64,000 nt of DNA from Eubacteriales bacterium (GTDB taxonomy: Bacteria; Bacillota; Clostridia; Oscillospirales; CAG-272). Below, piece by piece: positions 49,950-60,730 of the stretch. The translations under genes were made by a program, and so were the position numbers. The stretch covers positions 13,606 to 77,605 of the forward strand of contig JAZKYO010000100.1 in the NCBI GenBank assembly GCA_045612185.1, read 5' to 3'. The notes beneath the pieces were generated by a model. The model was not told the origin of the DNA and did not search any database. It worked only from the letters and a program-made list of their open reading frames with translations. Position 1 is the stretch's first letter; every line of letters starts with the position of its first letter.

Positions 49950-50183
49950 ATGCAAAAGAAACTCTGCAAAGTCGTTTACGACACAGACAACGCTACCCTC
50001 GTTAAGAAGGTTACTTTCGGTGAATTCGGTGATAGCACAGGATACGAAGAAACACTTTACCAGACCCCCAACGGTCTTTATTTTGTATATGTAAACGGCG
50101 GCCCCGACTCGATCTATCCCAAGGAAGATATTATGCGTCTTTCCAAGGAAAAGGCTGAGGCTTGGCTTAAAGAACATAACTGA
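49950..50183 (+). CDS. Small hypothetical protein
   Basis: AGGAGG RBS, own promoter-like sequence upstream and hairpin downstream; YDT...ETLY motif. Confidence 0.75.
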   Translation: MQKKLCKVVYDTDNATLVKKVTFGEFGDSTGYEETLYQTPNGLYFVYVNGGPDSIYPKEDIMRLSKEKAEAWLKEHN

Positions 50184-50254
50184 TAAAACCAAAAAAGGAC
50201 GTCTGTTTGCAGGCGTCCTTTTGCTTTGATTACCATTGGAGAGGAATTAACAAC

Positions 50255-50821
50255 ATGCAATTCGGTCAATACGTAAATTTCTTAAACGCTATCGAAAAAT
50301 TAAAGTGCAACACAAGACACTCATGGAACTCAAACGGACGACAAGAAAGCGTTGCGGAGCATTCGTGGCGCTTGGCGGTAATGGCTATGCTCTGCCGCGA
50401 CGAGTACCCAGAGTTTGATATTGACAAAGTAATAAAAATGTGCCTTATCCACGATTTTGGCGAAGCAATTACGGGAGACGTCCCCGCCTTTTTCAAAACC
50501 GACGCGGACGAGGCAAAAGAAGAAGACGCCATAGCTTCGCTTTTAAAAATGCTCCCCACAGAAACCGCCACCGAGCTTGGCGCGCTTTTTGAGGAAATGA
50601 GCGCTATGGAAACATCCGAAGCCAAACTATATAAGGCGCTTGACAATCTTGAAGCTCTTGTGGCGCATAATGAGGCTGATATATCCACGTGGCTCCCCCG
50701 AGAGTACGAGGACAACCTTACCTACGGTCAAAAGAATTGCGAATTCAGCGAGTGGACCAAAGGGCTGAAAGCCTACATAAAATCCCAAGCCATCGAGAAA
50801 ATGAAAAACGAAGGAAAATAA
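50255..50821 (+). CDS. HD-domain phosphohydrolase
   Basis: ESVAEHSWR, IHDFGEAITGD, LDNLE. Confidence 0.88.
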   Translation: MQFGQYVNFLNAIEKLKCNTRHSWNSNGRQESVAEHSWRLAVMAMLCRDEYPEFDIDKVIKMCLIHDFGEAITGDVPAFFKTDADEAKEEDAIASLLKMLPTETATELGALFEEMSAMETSEAKLYKALDNLEALVAHNEADISTWLPREYEDNLTYGQKNCEFSEWTKGLKAYIKSQAIEKMKNEGK

Positions 50822-50841
50822 AACGCGCTTATAACAAAGAA

Positions 50842-50867
50842 AAGGAGCTGTCCGAGGACAGCTCCTT
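50842..50867. terminator. Bidirectional terminator
   Basis: AAGGAGCTGTCC-GA-GGACAGCTCCTT between convergent genes. Confidence 0.85.
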
Positions 50868-50876
50868 AGTTTTTAA

Positions 50877-53800
50877 TTATTCGGATTTTCCGTAAAGCGC
50901 GGGGTTGTAGTCAAGGAAATAAGAGTTACTTATGTTCCAAATCTCACCCATAGGAACGGTAGTTCCGTTGTACGTATCAAAAGATGCGTACCACTTATTG
51001 TCACCCTCTTTAAGTCTTACGTCAAGTCTTGTACTGTCAACCTTAACGCTTCCGTCGTCAATAACGAAGCCTACAAGACCGTAAAGCCCCTCGTAAGAGC
51101 CCCCGGGATTACCAAGATACTCAATGTATCTGTTTTCCGTGGATTTACCCACTTTAACGTTTGTGGTATTTGCAAGATCACGGTCATAATTATACTCATC
51201 AGCGGTAAGGTCCGCCTCAACCCTTACAGTTCCGTTAGCGTCAAGCAGATTTGCGTATGCGCCAACCATATTGGAGTCGATATTAAGCTCATCATCTGTC
51301 GCGCCCGCACTTCTCAACGCCCAGTTGACACGGTACACAGTTGCCATCTGCAAGAAAGTTTGATCCACTTTCGGACCGTAGTCACCAACAAGGAATTCAA
51401 CCTGCTGCTCAAGCTTAATACCATTGGTGTTGACAAGGTACTTCTGGTTGTGATTCATTACGTCGGTCTCCTCGGTATCGCATCTGTTGATAACCGTTGA
51501 CTGAACCATCTCAAAATTGGTTCCGTTGTTATAAACACCGGGCTTTGAGGAGTCAATTCTTGCTCCGTCCAGGTAGAAATCAACACAAATAAGGTTTTCA
51601 TCACCGTGGAATCCACCCACAAAGTCTTTTGCGTCTACACCGTTCCATCTTTCACTCATAGCAAGCGAAATTTCTCCCGTATTAAGCACGTTAAAGACAA
51701 GAGAATAATAATTTTCGCTTTCTCGCTTTACAAGCTCCGCCCCCTTGATTCGGTAAAGGCTCTTGTTATCCGGTGTATTGGCTTTTCCATTGGTATAATC
51801 GTAAGAGTTGATATTGTTTCTCTCGTAGTCAAAATTATACCTGATATAATAGTCTCCGCTTGCCTCGCTGGTCTGAACAAAGACGTCAATATCACCAAGC
51901 TCCTGTATACCCGACGCATTGTGTACGATAACGTTTACCGCCCCCTCTTTAACAAGTGTGGGAGGCGCAGAAATCACACCGCAAAGGCTCATATAATTGA
52001 TTCTTACGAAATCGCCGCCCGTGCGCTTAACTATCTTAAAGGTATGAGTTCCATTTTCGATATTTTCTGCAAGCACGAGAGTGTGGTGACCAAACGCCAA
52101 CTCAACGCCCTCTCTTACAAGTATGCCGTCAACGTAAATATCAAACTTGCTGCTCTCAGCTACCTCTCCGTAAGCGTTTGTAAGATTTACGCTTACCTCA
52201 CCCTCGCAGTCTGCCGCAAAAGCAAACGCAGCGTTAAGTCCGTTAAGCTCAAGCGCGCCGTCGTTAGTATAAGCAACGTACTCGGTAGTTTTGAAGTTAG
52301 CGTTTATGTTGTCGCCCGCAGGCTTAATCTGCTTAAATTCGGTATCACATACCCATTCCGTCACCACTTCCTCAACGAAATCAAGATCTATGGTAGCCGA
52401 AGCGGCATAAAACTTTTTGTCGTTAACGGTTGTAAAGGGAGTAACCACAAGCTTAACAGCTTCTTCAGAGGTAATTCCCGTTATGTTTGCCGTAGCAAAG
52501 TATCTGTAACCGTAGTCGGCGGGATAAATCGTTTTTGCGTTTCCGCCTATCCACTCGTCGATAGAAGAATATACGATATTCGTTTCGTAGGTGGTTTGAC
52601 CGTTAGAGATAACCGCGCCGTTTGAGTCGTACGCCTTAACCTCAAAGCCTACACTACCGTAGTAGAGCATATCAAGTCCCGCTACAAGACGGATATCACG
52701 ATCGCTTGTAGACTTTTGAACGCCCACAAACTCAACGTTTGCGCTTGCGTCAAGCTGATAAATATCAATAGACTTCAAGTCAAGCGTTCCAAGAGAACCG
52801 GTATTGAAGCTTGCCGTTCTCACCCTCGTTTCAAGAGAATTTCTTCTATACCCTCTTACGTCCTTAAGTTGAATTTTGTCGGCAAGCAAAACGCTGTCTC
52901 CGCTCTTATAATAGGGAATCTGTCCTCCTATTCTGTAGCTTGCCAAGCCTGCGTCGGCGTCATAAATAACCACCAACTTTTGCCACTTGTCGGACGAAAC
53001 CTTTATCTCATCTCCGTTTTCATCAACAAGAAGTCCAAACGGAGTAGAAATATAGCCGAGAGCGGTTATATTGAGCATAGAGTCAAAAATGCCCGTTCCG
53101 CTTGTGTCGGTCCTTCTTATAGAAGACAGCTCGAATAGCGCCTTATTCTCTGCTGTTGCCGTAGCTGCAGGAGTAAATCTTACGTCGTACTCAAACACGG
53201 TAGCGTGATCCTCAAGATAATCGGTAAGATATATGTCGGAGAAGATATGATCTGTACGTGCCGTATCAAAGCTCCATCTGTAATAGCCTTCACCGTCCTC
53301 GTCCACAAGCATATTAGAAATAGAGGCGTGCTTGGAAAGAGTGTTCATATTGATAATTCCATTAGTTACGTATCTGCTAGAATCAGCCGCCGCAAGAATA
53401 TCGGGGTCAAGTTTCAAAATCTGACCTCTTCGCTCCGAAAGCTCACGCTTAAGATCTGCGTGAATATAAAGCTCAGTAAGCTCGGTATTTGATGCAATAC
53501 GGAACGCCACGTGATGTGTGTCTTTCACCTCATTGACCGCAGATGAAGCAACACCAACCAAAGCGCCATCAACAAACACGCTTGCGGTTTCGTCCTTTGT
53601 CCACATCGTTACCGAGATATCATTGTACTCATCCGAATCAAGCCCGTTAAGATGAACGTTACTTACAAGCTGACCGCCAACAAGTATATTTTGGGTGGAC
53701 TTGTCAATATAACCCATGCTGGCTTTCTTGGTATTGTAAAGAAGAGAAGCCACGTATCCGTCGGTTGTTTCGGTTTTAGCTCTCATCTCAACGTTAAATC

Positions 53801-56800
53801 CGTCGGTAGTGGTGTTATTATTCTGAAGGAATTTGTAGAAAACGTTATTATAGTCAATCCAAGCAAAAACCTCGCCATTGGGGATAGAAAGCACGCCGTT
53901 CTCAAGGGTAACGCCTGCGCTTCTGTAGAACTGGGGGCTAAGGTCGTCTATACTCTCATAATCCGAAAAATCCACCATTGCAGAATCCGCCCACAGTGGG
54001 AAAGGATTATTTTCAAGCAACTCACACTTAAAGGACTTCAAATCAACCGAGAAATTTGAGCTTTGGAAAACTCTTACTCTTTGGTCAATAGCGCCTATAC
54101 GCTGAGTTTGATCGTCACTAACAACACCTTCAATATTTACCGCCATAATGGGATAAGGGAATTTAGAGGTTTTGCAATAAGCCGCCTCGCCGTTTATCAT
54201 ATACGAAACGAGAGGAGTATCGGTGCTTTCATCCACAATCACCTTAATGGTAAGCCACTCGTTTGTATTAGCTTTATATTCCATTCCACTTGCGTCACAG
54301 AGATAATAGGTTTCGGAATTCCCGGTGAAGTACAGTTTTCCGGAGGAGTTCACTCGCATATAAGCAAGTGCATGTTGTGCTTGACCAGCGTGCTGACGTC
54401 TTACATTGAAAATAGGAACAGAGGAACCAGACGGAATTACAACGTTTCTCAAAACAGTTTCCATGGCAAAAATCTTACCCGCAACGTTTGGTGTAAATAC
54501 GTCGTAATAGCAGTCTTTGTCGCTTCCCGACAGCATAACGTAATCAATATTATTAGTAGTGTCCTTTTTATTGGTAGCGAAACTGTTGGACCAAGCTGTA
54601 AATCCTACAACACCTACGTCACCACCATCTTGGTTTTGAAGCGTCACTGCGGAATTACTTGTGGAAATGTTAACAGTCGAAAAATCAACGTAGTTTACCA
54701 ATCCCGACTTGTCATTTTCACCGGTTGCGTACTCATAAGGCAAAACGCCCTCGTATATTTTAATGTTATCAATTGCGCCGCTTACCGCATCTGTGGTGTT
54801 GTTGTGAAAAAATCCCCAAAGATCTTGATGCGAAACAGAGCCTGCTTTAAGCATTACGCTTCCTTTTACCGATCTCTGCGCATCGAACCACGAACAAGAA
54901 GAAACAGCTCCCTCTCCGTCGTATTTAACAACAAAATAGTCTCCGATAACATAGTCGCCGGTTGCCTTTATAACCTCATATACCTTTTCACTTTCGGTAT
55001 CCTTGGTGTTCTTGAAATTGTCGGTCTTTGAAAAATCGGGAAGCTTATCTAACGCCACACTTTTTTCGGTATACTTCAAGCTTCCGGGCACAAAGTTTCC
55101 GTTGGCATCATAGACAAGCTGATACATGTCGCCCGTAGCCTCGTCTATATACTGCTTTAAGGTTGCGGTATTGGTAACTTGTCTAAAGCCACTAACGTCT
55201 ACCGAATCTTCAGATGCGAGAAGGCTGCGCTTATAGCTTCTGTCGTTTATAAAGCGTCCGTCGTACCAGGTTTTTTCAAACAACATCTCGTGTCTGCTTA
55301 CTTGATTATGAGCTCCCACAAAAACGTCGTCTACCCACAATGCTACACTGTAATTCAAAGACTTGCTGCCCTGATAACCCGTCCAATCATCAAACAATCC
55401 CTTATTATCTGCACCAACGTCAACAGTTACAGAAAGAACGATGTGCGTCCACTCATTGGAGCTTGCGGATTTCATTTTTATATTTGGAACAGTTCTTGCG
55501 CCGCTACCAAATATAATAGTCCCGTCTTTATTCAGTGTCAAAAACTGAGGAGTGTTGGTATTATCATAAATTCTGAAGAACGGAAGATTATCCTTTGCGG
55601 AGGTAGCTCTTATGTCAAACTCAACAGTCCAGTTACCGTTTTGGATTATCTGATACTTATCGTTGATATTAAGACGGCTTCCTGCCGCAAAGGTAAGGAA
55701 CTTGTTAGTCTTACCGTTCACGGTTTCACTGCCTACCTTTATACCGCTTGTTTCTGCGTATCTGTACGCGGTAGAGCCGCCTAATTTACCGTCAACAAGA
55801 TTACCGATAGTCCCCTCAAAGCTATTCTCGTAGTATGCCGTTCTTCCGTCAGCAAGCTCTACCTCTCTTATGTACAGGTTGTCAACGTCTATAATGCACG
55901 GAGTCTGACTTGAAGAACTGTAATCCATGCGCGCAAAGGTAAAGGAAAGATTATCGCCCGCCTTTTCTTCACGGCTTGTTATCATACCGTCATCATCGTA
56001 TGTATAATTTATAAAGGTCTCGGAGCTAAGCCATGAGTCCTCACTTTTCAAATTCTTTGCCGCCTGCGACTCTACCACAAGAACGTTGTCTATATATATG
56101 CTGAATGTCTGGGTAGCATCGTAATATATTACCTTAAAAGACACGAAATCCGAAGCGGATTTATCAAGAGTGATAACGTCCTTTTCGATAAGAGTGGTCT
56201 GTTTGTTCGAGTTGGTATTTCCGTCGGGAACGTATATTCTGAGATACTTATCGGGAACGGTAACCTCTTTTCCGTCAACCATCTCTTTTCCCGCTACAAC
56301 CTTTGCGTCCAAGAATTTGATAGGCGCGTTGGACGAACGTCTGAAACGCAAAAGCGCCATTGTTTGAGAGTAATTTATTTTACTTGTATCCTTAACTCCA
56401 TGCCAACGCAAATCAAACTCAAAGGAAAGAGTGTTTCCTATGGTATAGGACTTACCGTTCTTGCTCATTACAAAGCGAGTACCGTGCCAGCCACCGGTCT
56501 TTCCGTAAGTAGCGCGTACAAAGTTACCCATATAGTTTCCATTCTCGTCGTAACGAGCCATAGAAACACCGGATATACCTCCGTTTGAGTCATATCCAAA
56601 TCCATATGGGTTGGAATCTGCACCTGCTTTGCTATACCATTGGTTAAGTGCCGTTCCTTCCGATATTTCATCAAACACATACTTGTAGAAGTAGTCGTAA
56701 TCAGCTTCTTCCACCAATGTGTCTTGTGTATGTACGGGGAATGAAAAAGCTCCCACCGGCAATGCTGACAAAAGCATTACAGCGCACAAAACAAAAGACA

Positions 56801-56822
56801 AGCTTACTTTCAAGAATTTCAT
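50877..56822 (-). CDS. Very large secreted beta-rich multidomain protein (1981 aa)
   Basis: Sec signal peptide, repeated LamG/ConA-like segments, a CE2-N-like segment; promoter TTGACT-17-TAGAAT at 56864-56892. Confidence 0.75.
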   Translation of the reverse strand: MKFLKVSLSFVLCAVMLLSALPVGAFSFPVHTQDTLVEEADYDYFYKYVFDEISEGTALNQWYSKAGADSNPYGFGYDSNGGISGVSMARYDENGNYMGNFVRATYGKTGGWHGTRFVMSKNGKSYTIGNTLSFEFDLRWHGVKDTSKINYSQTMALLRFRRSSNAPIKFLDAKVVAGKEMVDGKEVTVPDKYLRIYVPDGNTNSNKQTTLIEKDVITLDKSASDFVSFKVIYYDATQTFSIYIDNVLVVESQAAKNLKSEDSWLSSETFINYTYDDDGMITSREEKAGDNLSFTFARMDYSSSSQTPCIIDVDNLYIREVELADGRTAYYENSFEGTIGNLVDGKLGGSTAYRYAETSGIKVGSETVNGKTNKFLTFAAGSRLNINDKYQIIQNGNWTVEFDIRATSAKDNLPFFRIYDNTNTPQFLTLNKDGTIIFGSGARTVPNIKMKSASSNEWTHIVLSVTVDVGADNKGLFDDWTGYQGSKSLNYSVALWVDDVFVGAHNQVSRHEMLFEKTWYDGRFINDRSYKRSLLASEDSVDVSGFRQVTNTATLKQYIDEATGDMYQLVYDANGNFVPGSLKYTEKSVALDKLPDFSKTDNFKNTKDTESEKVYEVIKATGDYVIGDYFVVKYDGEGAVSSCSWFDAQRSVKGSVMLKAGSVSHQDLWGFFHNNTTDAVSGAIDNIKIYEGVLPYEYATGENDKSGLVNYVDFSTVNISTSNSAVTLQNQDGGDVGVVGFTAWSNSFATNKKDTTNNIDYVMLSGSDKDCYYDVFTPNVAGKIFAMETVLRNVVIPSGSSVPIFNVRRQHAGQAQHALAYMRVNSSGKLYFTGNSETYYLCDASGMEYKANTNEWLTIKVIVDESTDTPLVSYMINGEAAYCKTSKFPYPIMAVNIEGVVSDDQTQRIGAIDQRVRVFQSSNFSVDLKSFKCELLENNPFPLWADSAMVDFSDYESIDDLSPQFYRSAGVTLENGVLSIPNGEVFAWIDYNNVFYKFLQNNNTTTDGFNVEMRAKTETTDGYVASLLYNTKKASMGYIDKSTQNILVGGQLVSNVHLNGLDSDEYNDISVTMWTKDETASVFVDGALVGVASSAVNEVKDTHHVAFRIASNTELTELYIHADLKRELSERRGQILKLDPDILAAADSSRYVTNGIINMNTLSKHASISNMLVDEDGEGYYRWSFDTARTDHIFSDIYLTDYLEDHATVFEYDVRFTPAATATAENKALFELSSIRRTDTSGTGIFDSMLNITALGYISTPFGLLVDENGDEIKVSSDKWQKLVVIYDADAGLASYRIGGQIPYYKSGDSVLLADKIQLKDVRGYRRNSLETRVRTASFNTGSLGTLDLKSIDIYQLDASANVEFVGVQKSTSDRDIRLVAGLDMLYYGSVGFEVKAYDSNGAVISNGQTTYETNIVYSSIDEWIGGNAKTIYPADYGYRYFATANITGITSEEAVKLVVTPFTTVNDKKFYAASATIDLDFVEEVVTEWVCDTEFKQIKPAGDNINANFKTTEYVAYTNDGALELNGLNAAFAFAADCEGEVSVNLTNAYGEVAESSKFDIYVDGILVREGVELAFGHHTLVLAENIENGTHTFKIVKRTGGDFVRINYMSLCGVISAPPTLVKEGAVNVIVHNASGIQELGDIDVFVQTSEASGDYYIRYNFDYERNNINSYDYTNGKANTPDNKSLYRIKGAELVKRESENYYSLVFNVLNTGEISLAMSERWNGVDAKDFVGGFHGDENLICVDFYLDGARIDSSKPGVYNNGTNFEMVQSTVINRCDTEETDVMNHNQKYLVNTNGIKLEQQVEFLVGDYGPKVDQTFLQMATVYRVNWALRSAGATDDELNIDSNMVGAYANLLDANGTVRVEADLTADEYNYDRDLANTTNVKVGKSTENRYIEYLGNPGGSYEGLYGLVGFVIDDGSVKVDSTRLDVRLKEGDNKWYASFDTYNGTTVPMGEIWNISNSYFLDYNPALYGKSE

Positions 56823-56969
56823 AATCGCTCTCCTTTTAAATCACAAAATAAAAATACATTCTAATTCTACCATATTAAATTGAAAAAGTCAACATAACAA
56901 GAAGAAAAGTTCACGCTTTTTTGAAATTTCAAATAAAAAAGCCGAGCAGATCTCGGCATTTTGTATTTT

Positions 56970-58943
56970 TTAATTTTTAGGAACGATAACCATATCGTCT
57001 ACAAAGACGTAGCTAAGTCTGTTTTCCCCTCTGGTAAAGGAAAACTCGGCTTTTTCTATCGCACCTTCGGGGATACATGAAAGATCCACGCTATGCTCAT
57101 ACCAGCCATTTTTGCCGTTTTCGGCGGCGGTTGCCTTCACTTTATGAACAAGGCTAGTGCCATCTTTTTCTTTGTAGTAAAGCACAAGCTCCACGGTAAG
57201 ATTGCAATGGTGATAAAGCGAGAATTTCAGCTCTTTGTAATTTTCAAAATCAAGCGTATCGTATTGACTTGCTAGGATATAAGCGCCAAATTTCTTATCG
57301 CTGTGATCAAGCGCGTACACACGAAGTGAACGGCTTGTCAGGGCGAAATCGCTATCATAGCACAATCCCGAGCCGACGTTGGGAGTAAATATAGCACGGT
57401 TGAAGAAATCGAAGTAGGTATTGTGAACACTTCCCACAAACTCGGCGTCGTTTTCGTTATTAAGCCAAGGCTTTTTGGAAATTCTGACTACGTTATCAAC
57501 ATCGTCAACAAACTCGGTGCAGAAAGGTGTTACGGGAAATTCGCCCGCAAAAATATTAGTCTTTGGCTCAAGCGAGGAAACCGCGTAGGCTACGTGGCAA
57601 GGTTTATCTATATATGGGTGGTACACGTTCATCACGTTTTTGGAAACAATTTCAAAATATGCGGGAGTATAGACTCCGTCCTTGGAGCGAATATAAAGTC
57701 CTCTCGCCTTTTGCCCCTTAACGTAAAGTCCGTCTCCTACGTTTTCAAAAGTAAGGCGAAGCTTATTTCCGTGTCTCACGCATGACTTGAGCATGGGTGG
57801 CAGAGTTTGAATGTTTTTCACCTTTCTGCCGTAATACTTATTTTCGACAAGAATAGCAATTCTGTCCCCAATTTTATACTTATGTATTGGGTGTATAGGA
57901 TGATTTCCGCCCCATTTACACCATATCAAAGGCAAGTCGCAAATAGGAACAAATGGATATTCGTCGGGGGATTTTTTTGCCATATCCGAAAATGCTTTGT
58001 TGATGTATCCCATTCTTGTGTCGTTGTAGTCGGAGTATTTCCACGCAAAAAGCTGAACCGAAAGCATCGGGAACACCTCGTCCGCAGAAGACGCAAACTT
58101 TGCTTTGTAGCTTTCTCTGAGGGCAATCATATAGTCCTTGTAGGTATGTTTGGTGTTTTCCATAGCTACGTTGCTTTCACCTTGATACCAAAGCATTCCG
58201 CGAGCCTTAACGCCAAGCACAGCCCCCATATGGCGGTTGTAATGAGCGGCAGGCTGTTGATAATTGCTTTCGCCCTTGGTATTCCACTCTTCAAGCTTTG
58301 GAGTCCTTGCGGCAATTCTTTCATTTTTCCCGAATTCCTCGGCAGGAACCCAAGTTTCTATGCAACTGCCGCCGCGGTTGGTATTAAGAAATCCTACCGG
58401 GCATTGTTCGCCTTTCGCGGCAAGAAACTCGTAAAGGTTATTGGAGAACTTTGTGGCAATAGCAGAAACGCCTATAAAGTTGTCATCAGAGGATTTTCTC
58501 CATTCTCCCTCCGTCTCACACGAGGGTTCAAAAGGATAATCGTCGGAATGAGCCAAGCGAGGTTGATAAAAAGCACGAATGTGCTTATCCTTTATCATTT
58601 CGCGCACCTCGTTCCACTCAGGCTGTTGCGTATTGCTCATTTCCATATTAGACTGACCGCAGGCAAGCCACAGCTCACCGAAAAGCAGATTGCGAATTAC
58701 TTTTTTATCGGTATCGGAGGATACCGATATTTCATATTCATCATATGATGCGACGGGAGTTTCAATAGTAACGCAAAACGCGCCGTTGTCATCTGAAAAT
58801 CCGTTCCATTCACCAACAGTTTCACCGTTTTTTTGAAGCGTAAGGGTGATTTTTTGGTTTTTCTCAGCTTTTCCGCTTATATCAAGATGAGACGAGTGAA
58901 GAAACAAAGCACCGTCTCCGAAAACACAAGGTAAAAACAACAT
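56970..58943 (-). CDS. Sialate O-acetylesterase-like SGNH hydrolase
   Basis: GELWLACGQSNM, GGSCIETW, LWYQGESN, IHP..K..IGDR. Confidence 0.85.
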   Translation of the reverse strand: MLFLPCVFGDGALFLHSSHLDISGKAEKNQKITLTLQKNGETVGEWNGFSDDNGAFCVTIETPVASYDEYEISVSSDTDKKVIRNLLFGELWLACGQSNMEMSNTQQPEWNEVREMIKDKHIRAFYQPRLAHSDDYPFEPSCETEGEWRKSSDDNFIGVSAIATKFSNNLYEFLAAKGEQCPVGFLNTNRGGSCIETWVPAEEFGKNERIAARTPKLEEWNTKGESNYQQPAAHYNRHMGAVLGVKARGMLWYQGESNVAMENTKHTYKDYMIALRESYKAKFASSADEVFPMLSVQLFAWKYSDYNDTRMGYINKAFSDMAKKSPDEYPFVPICDLPLIWCKWGGNHPIHPIHKYKIGDRIAILVENKYYGRKVKNIQTLPPMLKSCVRHGNKLRLTFENVGDGLYVKGQKARGLYIRSKDGVYTPAYFEIVSKNVMNVYHPYIDKPCHVAYAVSSLEPKTNIFAGEFPVTPFCTEFVDDVDNVVRISKKPWLNNENDAEFVGSVHNTYFDFFNRAIFTPNVGSGLCYDSDFALTSRSLRVYALDHSDKKFGAYILASQYDTLDFENYKELKFSLYHHCNLTVELVLYYKEKDGTSLVHKVKATAAENGKNGWYEHSVDLSCIPEGAIEKAEFSFTRGENRLSYVFVDDMVIVPKN

Positions 58944-59012
58944 ACTCAGTTACTCCTTACATTAATCTTTAGGCTAATTGTACACTTAAAGCAAGCAAAA
59001 GTCAATAGTTTT

Positions 59013-59043
59013 TTGCATTTTATATATGCTCAACTCATATATT
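59013..59043 (+). promoter_or_regulatory. Sigma-E-like promoter upstream of the P-type ATPase
   Basis: TTGCATT-N16-CATATATT resembles the mother-cell sigma-E consensus. Confidence 0.45.
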
Positions 59044-59072
59044 TTTTACAGTACGAATAAAGGAGAAACGCA

Positions 59073-59987
59073 ATGATAACGAGATTCAAAACGCAGGAAA
59101 AACAGCGTGGTTTAACCGATGATGAAGTAATCGCCTCGAGACGTGAGCACGGAAGCAACACTATGTCCAAAGTTAAAAGAAAAAGCTTTTGGGCGCATTT
59201 TGCTTCCAATATGAACGACCCAATTATCAAGATTCTAATAGCAGCACTTATTATCAATATAATCTTTGTATTCAGAACCTCAGATTGGGTAGAGACAGCA
59301 GGAATAGCCATATCAGTCTTTCTCGCCACATTCATTTCCACACTCTCGGAATACGGTAGTGAGAACGCATTTGACAGACTTAACGAGGAAAACGAAAATT
59401 ATCTTTGCAAAGCAAGACGTAACGGAAAAATTTGCGAAATCAGAGTCTCGGAAGTAGTGTGTGGAGACATTATACTGCTTTCATCGGGTGACAAAATACC
59501 AGCCGATGGTTTTTTAATAAGCGGAAATTTGGTGGTTGACCAAAGCTCGATGACGGGAGAAAGTGCCGAGGTTCAAAAATCCCCCAAAAAAGGCGAACAG
59601 CTTTCTCCAAAATCAAAATCAGCCTTGCTACGTGGGTGCGCAGTAATATCGGGCGAGGGTGAATTTGAGGTTTCTGTGGTAGGAGACAAAACTTTCATTG
59701 GCGAAATATCACGCGAAATCCAGCTTGACACACGCGAAAGTCCACTAAAGCTTAGACTGTCAAAATTAGCTAAACAAATCAGCCGCCTCGGTTATGCGGC
59801 AGCTTTTCTTGTAGGTGCGGTATATGTTTTTAACGCATTAGTGTTTGACAGTGGCATGAATGCGTCGGTTATATGGATGAAATTGCGGGATTTGCGTTTT
59901 GTGTTTGAAACGTTATTAAACGCATTCACCCTAGGTCTTACCGTAGTCGTCCTTGCTGTTCCTGAAGGATTACTCCTTTTTAACTGA
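59073..59987 (+). pseudogene. 5' half of a Ca2+-type P-type ATPase, interrupted immediately after VPEGL
   Basis: GDKIPADG, DQSSMTGES and TM4 VPEGL are intact, then LLFN-stop; no DKTGT phosphorylation domain follows. Confidence 0.88.
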
Positions 59988-60257
59988 TAACTCCTAACCG
60001 CGCAAGCGGTATTAAAAATTGTCGACTGTGCGAAAAATGTCGAAGCGAGGGACTCGACATTGTGCGCCGCTATGAGCGGCAAATGTAAAATCGGATTACA
60101 TTACGAACATAACGCTCGCACCTTTTCGCCGTCAATCGACAAAATCACTATAATTTTCTTGACAAAACGAAGGAGATATCTACTATGCCGGACCACAAGA
60201 AACTTACGCAAATATTAAAAACAATTCGTAAAAGTTCAAGTAAAGGAGGAAGCAACC

Positions 60258-60515
60258 ATGCCAGAAAGAGAAAAAGTAGCGGACAGGCTCCGAAAAATCC
60301 GCCGAAAGCTTAAAGAGAACCAAGCCGATTTCGCAGCGAACTGCGATATATCAACCGATACACTCAGCCTCATAGAGCGAGAGCAAACCGACATCAAGCT
60401 TTCAACCCTGCAAAAAATTGCGGCTTACACAGGTCTCACGGTTTCCGAACTTCTCGATACAACCACCCCGGATCTGCCGCCAAAGTTCCGTACATTCAAC
60501 ACTAAATTCAAATAA
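60258..60515 (+). CDS. XRE-family HTH regulator
   Basis: LRKIRR...NQADFA..CDIS...LSLIER...TLQKIA; AAAGGAGG RBS; terminator at 60519-60552. Confidence 0.88.
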   Translation: MPEREKVADRLRKIRRKLKENQADFAANCDISTDTLSLIEREQTDIKLSTLQKIAAYTGLTVSELLDTTTPDLPPKFRTFNTKFK

Positions 60516-60730
60516 ACGAAAAGCGGAAAGCCTTCGGGCTTTCCGCCTTTTTCATGACAATAACTTATGCAAACGAAAAATACGGAATATAATCGGTTTT
60601 CATTTTCTAAGTCGGGCGTTATAATTCCACCGTCAATAATCACAAATAAACCAACACACTTCTGATTTTGACAAGAAATAAAAAAGAAAGGAGCGAGAAA
60701 GCCCCAAAGCGTGTTGAGAAAGGAAAGACA

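Noticed and set aside
51606-55784. Long plus-strand ORFs (339, 322 and 201 aa)
   Set aside because: Antisense shadows of the 1981-aa gene caused by codon bias
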